Below are positions 1 to 13,375 of a stretch of 64,000 nucleotides of DNA, in pieces. The translations under genes were made by a program, and so were the position numbers. The DNA comes from Carcharhinus longimanus. Taxonomy: Eukaryota. Position 1 is the first letter of the stretch; each line of letters begins with the position of its first letter. The notes under the pieces were generated by a model. That model ran no database searches. It saw only the letters and a program-made list of their open reading frames with translations, and was not told where the DNA came from. The stretch lies in the NCBI GenBank assembly GCA_030264375.1, contig JASCQW010000119.1, positions 9,834,103-9,898,102 of the forward strand, written 5' to 3'.

Positions 1-12
1 AGGTGAGTGAAT

Positions 13-105
13 CTGACAAAGGGACAAACCCCGAAAGCTTGCGAGTTTACCATCAAATAAATCGGTTGGACTTAAACATGGTGTTGTCAGACTTTTTACT
101 GTATT
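13..105 (+). mobile_element. Penelope-like element terminal remnant with decayed minimal hammerhead ribozyme core
   Basis: CTGACAAA-GGG-acaaac-CCC-GAAAGCTT (13-40), then AAATAAA..GTTGGACTT.AAC.TGGTGTTGT.AGACTT..TACTGT. This matches my recollection of shark Penelope-type termini. Confidence 0.55.
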
Positions 106-319
106 CACAAACTTGACACTTTTTTTAGGAAGCCGGAATAATTGAGTTCATTGTCAAAAAATAACTTTCGTTTGCTCACCAGCTGTAGGGGCAACTATCT
201 ATAAATAAAATAGTGGAGTGCTGAGGATAACTCATCTCATTTCCACGATGTTATTGACGGTCTACAAAACAGCAGCATACCAGATACAGCTATTCTCCCT
301 TTTACATCTATGACCCTTT

Positions 320-420
320 CTCTCTGGAAGGGAAGTGTGATTTTGGTCAGACAGGCAGCATAGTCAGTGCAAGCATCGACGGCCGAAGTGTCTGACCTTG
401 TCGTGCATTTTTTTCTTTAG
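320..420 (+). mobile_element. Old CR1 LINE 3' UTR remnant
   Basis: GGTCAGACAGGCAGCAT...GGCCGAAG.GTCTG resembles the CR1 3' end at 15700-15785. Confidence 0.5.
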
Positions 421-739
421 TCGAAAAAGAAACAAGTTCTCTCTTTTGTGCACTTCTCAGAAGCATTTGCATCCCTTCAGTTAGTTATTGATTGCTTGTT
501 TGTGCACAGCGAAATCTGCAAAACGTCCAACCCTACTCACACAAGGACAAAAATCAGTGGTATTAGTTGGCCATTTGTCTTCTTTAGCTGGCTCTGCTAT
601 TCAACAGGATCGTGGCTGTCACGCTCCCTCAATGCCAAATATGTGCATACACTCTCTACACTTTGATCCCATTCAATCTGAACAAAAAAGTTTTTTTTTC
701 CCATGCATCGATTAAAATTTCTCATAAAATGCTGGCCAT

Positions 740-1660
740 TGCATTGTAAGGTTTAAAATGATTGGATGTGAGGATCATGTTTTTTTTTTAGCATTGTAAA
801 ACTAAGTATTGTACGACAGTGGACATCAATGGGCAAAAAAAAATGCTGATTTTTATTGTAACGACTTGTTGGCCAGGAACTAAAGTTGTTGCTGAACAAT
901 AGGTACCTTGAAAAGATGAATGACCACGATAAAGTTGAAGCTTACTGCGCTAAGGAAGAACATACAGTTGCAGATGAAGGAGAATATGCACTTTCAATAA
1001 GATGACAAACATAAATTCACTTTAATAATACGAAGAGGGCTGATGAAAATAATACTTACAGAAAATGCAAAGGGAAATCATAACGCCTTCAGTAGACATA
1101 TTAACAGCAAAAAGTTGTTAAAAATACAACATTTGGCGAATTATGAGCGGAATGGAAGTTTAATCATTCAGCGTGAGAGCTTTACAACGGAGCAAGGTGA
1201 TGTTTTCCCTCGATCTTTACCACGGAACTTAATACTAAACACGCTATAGGACTAGACGAGGAAGCATTGTTCCTAACTGCGTTCAAGTCTGGAACATAAG
1301 TGCAGTTGAATAAACGCTAGACACTTGGATTTCGCAAGGAAATTAAATACGAGATGCATTCATGGATGTTGAATGAAGGGACAATGAAAATTGCTTGGAC
1401 ATTGGCCAGTGACTTTCATAATTCTCCACACGCTGGGGAGGATCCAGAGCACGACAGAATACTACAGAATGGCAACTTTTCCACATTTGTTCTTCTTTAA
1501 ACGTTTGTAAGAACAATCCTAGTAAATGCAGGTCCGCCGTTTCAATATGGGAGGTGGGAAATCTTCTGGAAATAATTACTTCAAATGTAATCTGTATCCA
1601 AGTGACAAAGAACGGATTGTTAAGAAAAGCGGACAAGATTCTTGCTATTACATTTAACAT
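740..1660 (+). mobile_element. Degraded CR1 ORF2 fragment
   Basis: ENAKGNHNAFSRHINSKK (~NIKGNPKAFYRHINSK) and DNA resembling NYRPVSLTSVVGKLLE. Many stops and frameshifts. Confidence 0.7.
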
Positions 1661-1689
1661 TAATCATTTGCATTAAATCCCGAAATTAG

Positions 1690-2010
1690 GGAACATCAGC
1701 TTCCTATCCATTCGTTCCATGCCAGCTTTGGCACATATACCTCAACCTTGTACCACTTTCTACGTTGTGTCATCGAAAAAAAAAGAATTAAACCCTCCTT
1801 CATCGTTCAAATTCACTATCACGAGCAATGTCCCAGTGAATCTGTTCTCCATTCTCCACTGTTCACACAATATATTCTGTACAGAAGGGGGTCATTAGGT
1901 CCATCGAATCTTTTCCAACTTTCTGCGGGAGAATGTTAATAGGTCCGATCTGTATAACTTATCATATTTCCATCACCTATCCATCTTGGTCCACGTTCCT
2001 GTGCAGTAAA
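1690..2010 (-). mobile_element. Degraded CR1 3' fragments
   Basis: ACAGAAGGGGGTCATTAGGTCCATCGA resembles the reverse complement of a CR1 3' UTR. Confidence 0.4.
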
Positions 2011-4279
2011 CGCTTAAGAGCTTGCACTTACTGATTCCGTACAAAAATAATTTTAAAAAAAGGTTTATTTGTTTAGATTCTGAATGCTCATTGAGAAAAT
2101 GGAAAAAAATATAAACCAGCAACAATTTGCCAGTTAATTCAACGGTGTTGATTAAAACAAATTATAAAAATAAAGTTGTTGGTGGAAAAGCAGCTTAAGT
2201 AGAAATGACGAATACACCGTGCATTCTGAATCGCTTTTAAGCACATTCCTGGATTTGCAAAAAAAAACGTAATTGCAGTTATTCAGAAAATAAAAGCGGC
2301 AATCTACCTTAAGTCGGCACCCTTGGCTGTGCTTCAAACTGACCGTCATTTACACAACGGTGATGTATTCCTCGTGTCACTCATTGGCAGTCCAGGTCGA
2401 ACAACGGTGTTTTCACGTGCAACTGAATGTTTTTTTTTGTTGTGAGCCCCTCATCTCACTCAGTGAGGAAGCTTTTTTGCATGAACCCCACAGGGAGATA
2501 AAACAATGAGTGTCCGTGGGCCCTATGACCATCATCAGATCCTTGTCCCGTTATATCCGTGAATCTCCCAGCAAATGCAACATTCAGCGGCTTAGAATTC
2601 AGCCTTACATCCGCAGAATGCAGGAATGGATCAGCTCGAAGAAGGGACAGTCTTTTCTGGAGCACATGCCTTAGTTTGCCGAAAATGTTTCCTCATCCGA
2701 TGTTATTTCTACTGGAGGTCCAGTTTGTCAGCAACATTTTCCGAGTCTGTAAATTCACAAAGTGAAGGGGCTGACACAAAATTAAACTAGAGCTCATGGT
2801 TCACACTAGCAGCTGCCATCATCATAGCTGGTCATGCGGGCTGCTCGGTCATGATTTCGTCTCTCTGCAATGCTACAAATAGTTATATAAGCCTTTAATT
2901 TGATCTTGAAAAATTACTGGTCCCTTCATTGCCACCCTAGGGACTAAGCTGGGAATGAATCCAGAGTTTCTCAAATTTGAGCTGACACCGTTGGCGAAAT
3001 TAATTTCTGTACATGCAGGATCATTGTTTTTTAACTTTTCTTAAAGTCAAGTGTGCAATTAGCAGGTTTAATATTGTACAAAGCCGTAGTCCCATCACCC
3101 GCTTTGAAGGTGTAAAATCTGCTACTGCATGCGGTGTGGTCCCATAATCGAAGAGAAATCATGCCAAGTTGGTCGCCATGAATGCCAGCAGTTTTCCGTC
3201 ATGTGATTTTTAAAGGTTGAATCGTGCTTCTGCCTGTAACCACAACGGTGGGAGATAATGTGCAGTTTGAACGTGCTTCAGGTCAATGGCGAGCACAATA
3301 TTCTGGAAATTGCCGCCAGTAACAGCAGTGTCATAAGCATAAACACCTACTTCCACATGTCATGTTCACTGAAGATTTAATTTAATTTCCGGAGCGTAGC
3401 CTGACTCGTTGTGGACCACAAGAACTGCTTCGCCAACCGCTTGACGTGCGCCCAATACAATTGCATATCTGTAAGCTCGTCCTTACTCACAGTCATCCAT
3501 GGTCTGCCATACAAATCCTCTGTGTATGGGAGAATAAAAGAGGAATGCTTTTAATTCCCCGAAATGGAACATATCACTTCACTGTACCAGTGATATCGCA
3601 ATCAAAACCGAACTCCCAGCCGTAACTATCATGCAGCATCTTCATATTTGATACACCAGGTGCCCGTTAAGTAGTTTTGTTTAGGTTGGACGTCGGCCTG
3701 AGAGAGGAACAATCACTCGGGGCATACGGCGATTCGGCATTCATAATATTGTCGGTTTTCAAGTCTACAGAGGGTGAAAAAGACGGGTAGGATCTTATGC
3801 CTTATGTTAGAGAAAGTTCTATATTTTTAATTGCAGGCCTCAAAATGCCATCCTCAAAATGCCAGCGCTTGCAATAATTTTAGAGTAATCACACCCTATC
3901 TAATGATGGTAAAGAAGTCACGCTTAAGTGCACAATAAATGACTCAAAGTGTCAGCATTGAACATAAGTGTGCAGGGCATTGATCTACAATATTTTTGAA
4001 CAAAAGCTTCAAGTCTCAGATTATATCTGAATGTGGGACATATTGGGGATCCACTTGTCCTATTTGCAAAGTCCTGTTAAGTGTTGGTGTTGGGTTATAA
4101 TAATCAATGTCAATTTAGTTGAATTTGACAGGTTTTTCTCAGGCTCTAATTTTAAAAATATCTTTCCACGTAATTGTGTGAAAACGAAAAAAAAAGAAGT
4201 CGGTTCGAAATTGATTAAACGAACTGCATCGATCTAACACCTTATATAACAAATTCTTACATATAATCTTTACGGCATT

Positions 4280-5000
4280 TTTAAAACTACTTCAACATCA
4301 ACTTAAATGAAACTTTACCTGTTTAACTGAAACACTCACTTCTTCCATTGCAAACTGATACTACCCGCTTCAGAACAAAATGGCCAAGCCCACTCCCTTG
4401 TAGATCCGTTTTTTTTTATTCTTGATTCGTTCATCCTTCAGGGTAAATTGGAAAGTATTGTCTGTGGTCGTCGCTGAAGACAAAGCGTTGAAAATAAAAA
4501 TCCCCAAACTGTCCCAATTTCATAACGTCATATCTCTCAAGGTGTTCGGTCGCGATTTTCCACCAGGGCTCAAACTCGTTGATAGCTCACGATTTCGTAA
4601 ATTTTGTATCGTTTAAAGTTTTATCATGCTGAAGCTAATGGTTCAGCATTCTTTTAACTATTGTATGCCTCGATTCTTTTTTTTGTGTGACTACTTCAGT
4701 GTTGTTAACATGGCAGAAGTAATGCATGAGCTGTGTATATTTGGCTTAGTCGTAAACACGACAGTCTCAGTACTCGATTTAACTGAATATTTGCATCATT
4801 CCTTTCTGTTACCAGAGTCGTGTCTAGGGATTGTCCTGAGAGACAGATTGATACACAAATTTCCCTCATCCCCAAGGGGCAATTCAGTGAAAAGTCCGAT
4901 TTCTGCGACCAAAAAACACTTCACTTTACACCAAAAAGCAGGGAGTAGCCTGCAGCTTGCGTGTCGATATGGTATACCTGCGGACGCCTATTAGTCATTG
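4280..5000 (-). mobile_element. Highly degraded CR1 ORF2 fragment
   Basis: Scattered weak matches to reverse-complement CR1 endonuclease/linker sequence. Confidence 0.35.
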
Positions 5001-6737
5001 TTCAGCAGCAGGTTGCCCACCACCACTGAACAATTCTCATGAAGCAAACTTCTGATCACCCAATTCGGAAGCTGGGACTTCACGAAATCCACGAGATTGA
5101 TATATTGATGATGCCGCTCGGTCTTCCTGGCAACCAGAACACATATAAAACAGTATTAATGAGAGTTATCATTCCTATGTGGTGTAAGTAGTTATCCAAA
5201 CATTTGTTTGATATTATACCCTGCGAAGGAACTGTGAACTAAATGAATCATCACGGAAGAAAAGGAATAACGACGTATTAGACACAGTCTTTTCTGATTG
5301 AACGGAGATTACTCAAGAACAGATGCAACATTTCAGAGGGATGCCAGAATTATTGATGTGTATGTACACAGGGTCTGATATTGGGGACATTTTTCTTTCG
5401 TCCCATAGGCTATTGTCCTCGGTAATGTTGCGTAGTTTACTCGTCCGACGTGCAAATATGACGAGAAACATTACATGTGTTGAAATACAGGGAGATGCCT
5501 TCGAAAATCAAAAACATAAATGGAGGATGGATTTGAAGGGAAGTTGAGAAATTGTGTTGAATGCAAATAAGAATTAAGTAATTCCCTTTGAAACGGATAG
5601 GTGCACGGTGAACACAAATGATGTATACTATTTTGAAATGCGTAGGTGCAGGATAACATTGGTCTTTACTTGCGAGGTGGAGATGCCATGTCAGATTCAT
5701 AGTCCAAAATCTAGCTGATTTGATTCTTTTTGCTCAATACCGTCGTTGCATATGAGTGCTGTAACGTTCTTCTATTCTCTATAAATGCACATGACGCACA
5801 TCTGAGTCAGAAAACTTAGCTTACCACGTGTTACTCTGCATGGACCAATGGAAGCATTTACTGATGACGGTTTTAGCGGAACGTTGCAAACCACAGGAGG
5901 AAACCATCGGAAGTCCACACAGTTGTAGGTGAGGACTTGTGAACAGGGTAATGTTCGAAATTCCACAGAAAATTAAAAAGGAAACTTGAATTGGAAATAG
6001 AGGGAAATAATTATAATTCCACAAAAAAAAACAATGATGACGGTGATTCAAATTATGCGTTTTCGATAACTTGCAGAAAAAAAATTTCCATGCCCTGGGC
6101 AATATCGGTGTGTGACTATAATTGTGGACCTAACCTCTTGAATGCTGCATAGCATAGAACGGCGTTCTGAATGAGATTATATGTTCAGCTGGGCCAAGAA
6201 TAACCAACGGCTTACTAATTTCTTCGTCCAAAACTTGCTTGGTTCGTTGCATATAGTTTTCGGATTTTCAAGTTTAATCTCTATTGAAATACTATTGCCT
6301 TTCACATTGTTCTGATTGAGTTCAAGAGAAAGTAAAGGCGAACTGATATTTATGCCGATGGATCGGTTGTTGTTTTCGTTTTTAAATTAGCTAAGGATAG
6401 CGAACATGCCCTCAAAACATGTGTGCGGTTTCAAAACTGCTGTGTACCTCTCAACAGAAAAAAGCGTTTAAGTGTTGCCAAAATGGTAAGGCAAATGTAC
6501 TTACAGGCTCATATGAATTATTGTTTGGCCTCCAACAGGAGATTAATTGCAAATTAAAAGGATGTTGAAGATCACTTGCCCTTGCCTCATTTCCCTGTTC
6601 TATCCATTCTGTGGATTTGCTCCCCTCCAATAGACGGTGCAAATTCACTCTATCAGTTGCTACTGGATCTCCATCAGCAGAACAACATCTTTTTTAGCAC
6701 AATAAACACAAATCATGCATGGTCATCTGCGTGCATG

Positions 6738-6810
6738 AACACGCACAAGCACACAAACACATACAACAGATTCGTGCACAGACACAAACGGACACACGCA
6801 CACAAACACA
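6738..6810. repeat. Degenerate (CA)n microsatellite
   Basis: ACACGCACAAGCACACAAACACATACA...GACACACGCACACAAACACA. Confidence 0.75.
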
Positions 6811-6829
6811 TTTTTTTATATTTCCTCAG

Positions 6830-7335
6830 GGTGTCATTTTACCAGATACTGTACAGAGGGATGACATCAAGATGCTGCCTGGGTAGAGCATCACTGAGAC
6901 GAAAAGAAGGTGCATACGTTTATCGACTTGAAAGAGAAGAAAAACGGATGGGGCGCTGTGGGGTTTCGTGGGGGGTGATTGTCATGAGTCTGTTTGAAAT
7001 TGGGAAGACGAAGATTCTACAGATAAGAAGATATAACTCTCCCCTTCGGCTGGCATTTTCTTTTCATGTCGGAGAAAAGAATACTGTGGTGTGATCAAAT
7101 GGATGTGTCCTAAATTGGGAGGTACAAAGATATTGCAATTAACAAGATACATTGCCCCTCTGTGTAGTCGCCAATAAGCACTGATTTCAGTAAACTGGCA
7201 GGATGTTTGTGGATAATTTGAAAAAAAAAGTTTTATTTCATCCAGGAGGTGTTGGGAGTCCGGAACTCATTGTCTGGAAGGATATGGAGGCCGACATCCT
7301 CACACCGGTTAAGAAATCTCTCGATGAGCTGAGTA
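6830..7335 (+). mobile_element. Degraded CR1 RT C-terminus/3' region
   Basis: GTACAGAGG..AAGATGCTGCCTGGG (~VQRRFTRMLPG) and TTTCATCCAGGAGGTGTTGGGAGTCCGGAACTCATTGTCTG (~FTQRVVGIWNSLP). Confidence 0.6.
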
Positions 7336-8649
7336 TTTAAGGACTTTCTTCTGGCCGATCTCCTACCCAATTACTAAGCAACAAATGAAAATAATTTGCT
7401 CTTCGACACTACCTTTTCAAAGTTAACATCAAAAGAGATCCAAATAGTCCCACACACTTTTATATTTGAACTGCGTGAAAATAAAATCACTGGAAGCAAA
7501 GATCATCTCAGCGAATCTCCGGCATTATGATTGGACTCCCAATAATTTTAACACGTGGATTATCGATTGGTACGCACAGAATTGTTCCTGATAACTTTAG
7601 TGCTTTAAGTAGAATATGTATAACGTTTGCAAACTGCTTTTCGAGTGTTCTGAAAAAGGGTGCTATATTTCAGTATCCGTTTAAACACAAAATGACAGTA
7701 CCTTACGTTTGAATGAGAATCTTCCCTGAGATCGCAGATTGTTGTTCCTTTATGGGCAGACAGTTTCCTCCGTTTATGACCACACATTTTTAAATATTAG
7801 GAGCCAAATTGAGGGTTTAGCATTGTTGGTATTAATACGTTTCTTTTTCTTCAGTTGTGTCCAGTGAGTTTGAACAACAGTTTTGTCTTCGACTGTCGGA
7901 GTACGATATCCATCATTTTGCATGACTGCTGTAGTTCTCCTTTCTGCAAATGTCTACGGTTGTCTTCTCCGACTGGATTTCTACTGCTTTTGTGGCAAGT
8001 AACTTCATTGAAATATGAAAACATACATGCGAACTGCACACGGCAGCGTTTCCAAATTTCAACAATGCTGACTCAAAGTCAGGCTGAAACTTCGTCAATA
8101 GGATTTAATTTGGAGGCCAATGCAGGAAATACTGTGCTACTGCAGGTTTCATTATGTTGACAGTAATTCGTAAATCCTGAATCTGTGCGTATTTATGCTT
8201 CAAACTGTCTACGTCGTTGGTGCTGTCTTCCTCCAGGTTAAAAGTTCCTGTATGGAAATCCTTCAACGTATCAAACATTGTTCAATTGGAGCGACGATAC
8301 GCCTAATTAACACATCAAAATGGAATACGCTTTCGTTCAAGAGGACAACATTTGTTCTAATCCGCATGTTGCTCTCCTAAATATGTTTTGCATTTCAGAT
8401 AAGACAAATGGCTTATTCGCATCATCAGTTTGTAATTTGGTTATTTGCCGAAGGCTATTCTCTTCGAATAATGGCAAAACAGCCTATGATGTTTCAAATA
8501 TGTTGGCATTTTCACAATAGTAATAGATGAAAATGCAGCAGATGGGGACTGGAAGGTGAAAAAAAAGTTGATGCGAAATTAAATTGAGATAAATTCAAGA
8601 AGAAAGCACAATGAGAGATAATCAGCATACAATTAATGCTCATCAGTGT

Positions 8650-9790
8650 GTGTAACTTCAAAAAAAAATCAGGTAAAGATTAGTTATATCCTAGATTGAT
8701 GTGCGAGACGAAAATACAGGCAGTCTGATCTCAGCTCTATTGCTTAGATGGTTACAGGGGAGATATGGAAAATTGGAAAATAGCGAGAATGCCTTCACTT
8801 TTTAACAATGTGCCGACTATAAACCAGAACATTCCATACCAGTAAATCTCAGATTCAGTGGTAGAGGAACTGTTGTACAGCAGCACGAACAAGAAAATCA
8901 ATCTTCATCTGGAAATGCAAAAGGTGATCAGTCATTGTCTGACTGCCTTAGTCAGAGGAATGCAATGTCAAACACATCTGATTGAATTTACCGGTGAGAT
9001 GGATTGGCTGGGCCTGTACGCGTGATGCAGCAAATGTAAATAATGCAGATATCAGTAACGCCTTTCACACGTTGCAACATGCAGGACTGATCAAAACGGT
9101 ATAAGCAGATCAGATTCAAGGAGAAGGGAAAGTTGGATCAAAATGCATTTCAGTCGTAGGAGAAAGATGATGATAATAGAAGCCTACTTCTTCGATGGAG
9201 TCCAGTGTTTCGTGGTATACACATTCATCCAAGCTAGCTTTCAGGAAAATGTCTAAAGTTTTGTTCAAGTAAGTGTCAGCTGGAATTTAATCCTGAAATT
9301 TACGAGCTGGTGGAATTTGTAATGAGTTACAAGAAAAAAAGTAGTCGTAAACAAATGGCGCGACACTGAAGTGCTCAGAAGAACTGAATAGGCGTTTATG
9401 TGATTATGGAAAGACCACTAAAGAATGTTGCGTTTGTTCATCTGTTAGCTGAGACGGCAAATAGATCACGCCCATTCATCAGCCGTGACATAGGTTATAA
9501 GAACTGGGGTGTTAAGTTAGTTTTCTTGATATCTGTCGTTCTGGTAGAGCAGAGATATTGGGTATAACGTTGTTCACCTCAGTGTAGTAGACATTTGAAT
9601 GCACTATATTCCACCGATAGAAGGTTTATCTGAATGCTGACTGACAGCGAAGCAGAGAGCCTGGATCGTACCTGTTTGCTTTTAATTGAACACAAAATGC
9701 TCAGTGGCACCGTGATTGAAGTGTGTAGGATTATCAACGGCTTGGATATGTTCAACACAAAGAACAGAGCCAGGATACATATGCCTGTTT
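8650..9790 (+). mobile_element. Degraded CR1 ORF2 reverse transcriptase
   Basis: Colinear decayed motifs resembling WKIAN, NYRPVSL.SVV, CLTNLIEF, WQLEFNP and GDLIEVYRI. Confidence 0.7.
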
Positions 9791-10636
9791 TCAGTTGAAC
9801 AGAAAATGCCCTGGGCAGAACCTGCGATTTCAGAGATCGTAGCAGATAGACAACTATCTCCTGATACCACTGCAGGAAAACGTGCCACACATTGCAACCA
9901 CTCGCGGTTATGAAACAACCTGATAGAATACATTAGGTTAGTTATGATCACTAGAGTGACAAATGTAACGCAGGACGCAGCTTATAGAATATTAATCAAA
10001 TGTAATGTGTTGTGAGGCTGCTGACATTATTCTACAGCGGGGAGTTTTTTGATTGGAAATACTGTGACCGGGCCTTTAACGGCAACATTCACACGAATCG
10101 TTTTCATCTCTGGGAAGATGGTTATTAAGTTTCAAAAAACATGGAATGGCATTGAGAAGTGTTTCACTGTGGGCAGCGCAATCATGAATCGATGGAGACC
10201 AAACAAAACGTAACTTCAAAATAATGATTACTTTTCTATGTTATTGAACACACCTTATTAAACAAATATTATTTTCCTTTTGTTTTCACAACAACCGGAC
10301 CCGGAAAATATTGCATTGCTAATACAACGTTTATGGACGTCTGGTGATCTGTCAATAAATGCCTTATTGATTCGCACGGTTAATTGTCTGCTTAAATGTG
10401 AAAAGGGCAGCTGCGAAAAATGAAAATTGATTGCAGTTTATATAAAAAAAATTCTGTCTGCTTTTGATTAACACATTTGATTTCGTCCCAGCCTGTAATG
10501 AACCACAATGCTTTTCCTTCAATCCAAGTACGACTGAATATCGTAGCACTCTGAAGTTTGAAGAGACAGAAGCCTGACGAAGGTGTATGAATCTCGTTTT
10601 GGACAGACGTGAATAGATTTATGCAAGAAACTGTTT

Positions 10637-10919
10637 CATAAGAACATAAGAACATACGAAATAGGAGCAGGAGTAGGCCATCTGGCCCTTCGAGCCTGCC
10701 CCGCCATTCAATAANNNNNNNNNNNNNNNNNNNNNNNNNNNNNNNNNNNNNNNNNNNNNNNNNNNNNNNNNNNNNNNNNNNNNNNNNNNNNNNNNNNNNN
10801 NNNNNNNNNNNNNNCGCCTTTTGCCTGGCACCCTTCTTAAACAACGGCGTAACATTAGCCGTTTTCCAATCTTCCGGCACTTCCCCGGATTCCAGCGACG
10901 TCTGGAAAATAACCAAGAG
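10637..10919 (-). mobile_element. Young 5'-truncated CR1 LINE, family A, interior in 100-N gap
   Basis: (CATAAGAA)n tail and 3' UTR left of the gap. Clean LVIFQTSLESGEVPEDWKTANVTPLFKKGARQKA right of the gap. Confidence 0.92.
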
Positions 10920-13225
10920 AATAAAGACATATATTTTTAGGTATTTGTATCTGGCTTGCTGCCGATATATGCATTCCAAACAGCGGTCAATGCTGCAATA
11001 ATTGTGATGACTGCGAATGCATTTTCGGAAAAGAACTCTCAAAATGAAAAACATACTTCATGATTTTCCTGACATGTTGTGCCACAAAAAGCGATTTGTG
11101 TTTCGTACACCGTTCAGTCTGGACTAGGCCCGCTAGACTGGGTCAATGTCTACCGATTTAGTCACTCGCTCCCTCTAACCATGAAACAAAATGATCGCCA
11201 TGTGGGCTGGCACTGTATTTCTTTTTGTGGATTTTATTCGGCTCCGTTGGCAGTTCAATCTAAACCTACCAATCCTATAATCTTGAAAGGAAATGGCAGC
11301 CAAAGCCAACTTTAGCTCCTGGAATTTCGTCTCGAATGCAGTTATTATTGGATGCGCTATTGTTTCTTCACTGCCACTGGCTGGACGTACAGGATAGCTC
11401 TCCCTACCCACACCGTCAGTGAACTTGTGTCAGATAGCATTATTCAAGAAGCCGGCTCAAAGCTACTTTCAGAAGTGTACTTCGGAAGTGTGTAGAATTT
11501 TGGCCAGTCCAGAAATCCCGATCGCATGTGATAAAAATAATTGCAATAAAAATAGAAAATACGTAATCGCCAATACTTCTTCAATGTAAATGGATTTGGG
11601 GAATTTGTTAGCTGTACAGATAGGAGCCTATGTGGACGTAAAAAGTGACTCCTGGAAGCAACGTTGCCTCCCTGGTGCCAGAGTCCACGATGCCTCTGAG
11701 TGGGCAGAAAGCAATCGGAAGGCAGAGAGTGAACAGCGAAATGCAAATTGATACCAACGGTTTAGGAAGGAAAAATGAAGCTCTTCTGAAGCAGCAGTTT
11801 GGACAGTTAGACCGGAAGTAAAAAAAAAATCAGGCCACCCGGGTTATAAACTCATCAGTGAAGGTTGGAAGAGGACGATAGTACTGCCCAGCACACGGCT
11901 AATAAACTGATATATGAGCAAGGGATTCAGACATCTGGGCCATTGGGATCTCTTCCGGAGCAGGTGGGACCTGCACAAGAAGGACGTGTTACATCTAAAC
12001 TGGCGAGGCATAACTATTCCGACCAGGGGGTTTGCTATCACCAAACAGGAGGATGTATATTTGTTTCGCAGCGGTTTGACAATCAAAGCAAATTTGAATT
12101 AAGTGAAGGGTTACGAGTGAGTAGGGCCATAAAGGATGAATGAAATAACAGACAAGCTGCGGCTGCTGATCAACAAGGATGTGGTGGACTGAAGTGCATA
12201 TGTGTCAAAATGAGAAACACACTATGCAAAGCCGAGATTGGATTCGCACTTGGAACTGTGATGCCGTTGCCATTGTGAACACTTGTTTAAGGGGAACATA
12301 GGAGTGGCACGTTACCTTTCCAGGATAGAGCTATTTCAGTCGGGATAGAGGGTGATAAAAGAAAAGTGGGGTGTCCACTACTGGTCAAGGGGAATATCAC
12401 AACTGTATTGTGGGAGGATACCTCAGAAGGCCGATATTTCGAGTAAATATGGGTAGAGCTCATGAAAAGGAAGGGAATAATCAGAAATTGGGGGATTTAA
12501 ATGGGCCTCACACCGGACAGCGTCAGATAAAGGAACAGACGTGTAGATAGATTTATGGAAGTTTTAATAGGGACCGGATTGCTATGCTGAGTGATTTTAA
12601 CTTCTGTTATATTGACTGAGACTTGATTAGTGCAAGGAAAGTAGATGAGATAGTGTTTATAAGCAGCATCGAGGAGGGCTACGTGAAACGGTGTGTAGAT
12701 AGACTAACTAGGGAGGAGGCCATTCCTAACCTGGTGATGTGAAATAAGCGCGGTCATGTTTTCGACGTTTCAGTAGGGGAGCAGCTGGGCTCAGTGGTCA
12801 CAATTCAGTAAGCTTTAAAGTAATGATGGGAAAAATATTAGTGTAGTCCACAGGTGAAGGGGTTACATTTGAGGAAGGCGAATTACAATAATATTCGGCA
12901 GGGAACGACTAATGTAGATTGTGTCCGTCTTTTTTTAGGGAAAAGTTAATATGTGGCATGCGGGAAGTTTCCAGGTGTAATATTGATACGAATTCAGGAC
13001 CAACTCCTGTAGAGTTGAAGGAGGAGTATGGCACGTTTCGCGAACCTCGGATAACGAGAGCTGTTATGAGCCCAATCAAAAAGAGAGAAAAAAAAGTCAA
13101 TTCTTGGAGGCTGGCAACAGAGGAATCAAATGAGGGATACAAGAAAAGTTGAAAGCAACTTAAGCAAATGGGTCACAAATAGCCTTTGGCCCGCAGAATT
13201 AAGCAACATTCCAAGACTGTTAGAA

Positions 13226-13261
13226 ATATATATATATATATATATATATAGTATATATATA
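13226..13261. repeat. (TA)n microsatellite
   Basis: TA run with one G interruption. Confidence 0.95.
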
Positions 13262-13295
13262 GCTAAAGTGATGTTTGACTCACTCAGGTGCTGGG

Positions 13296-13375
13296 ATAAG
13301 AACATAAGAACATAATAAGAAATAGGAGCAGGAGTAGGCCATCTGGCCCTTCGAGCCTGCCCCGCCATTCAATAA
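13296..13375 (-). mobile_element. Young CR1 family A 3' end nested in the old CR1 (remainder in gap)
   Basis: ATAAGAACATAAGAAC...AAATAGGAGCAGGAGTAGGCCATCTGGCCCTTCGAGCCTGCCCCGCCATTCAATAA. The core is identical to the copies at 10637 and 14280. Confidence 0.9.

Noticed and set aside
2461-2746. Minus-strand segment bounded by tttacag and gtgaga
   Set aside because: Stops in all three frames and no other support.
4998-5036. 9-bp stem hairpin (also one at ~21669-21706)
   Set aside because: Too short for a pre-miRNA and expected by chance in 64 kb.
6505-6688. Minus-strand 184-nt open exon-like segment ending at a GTAAGT donor
   Set aside because: Poor acceptor (AAAAAAG), no partner exons found and no recognisable protein.
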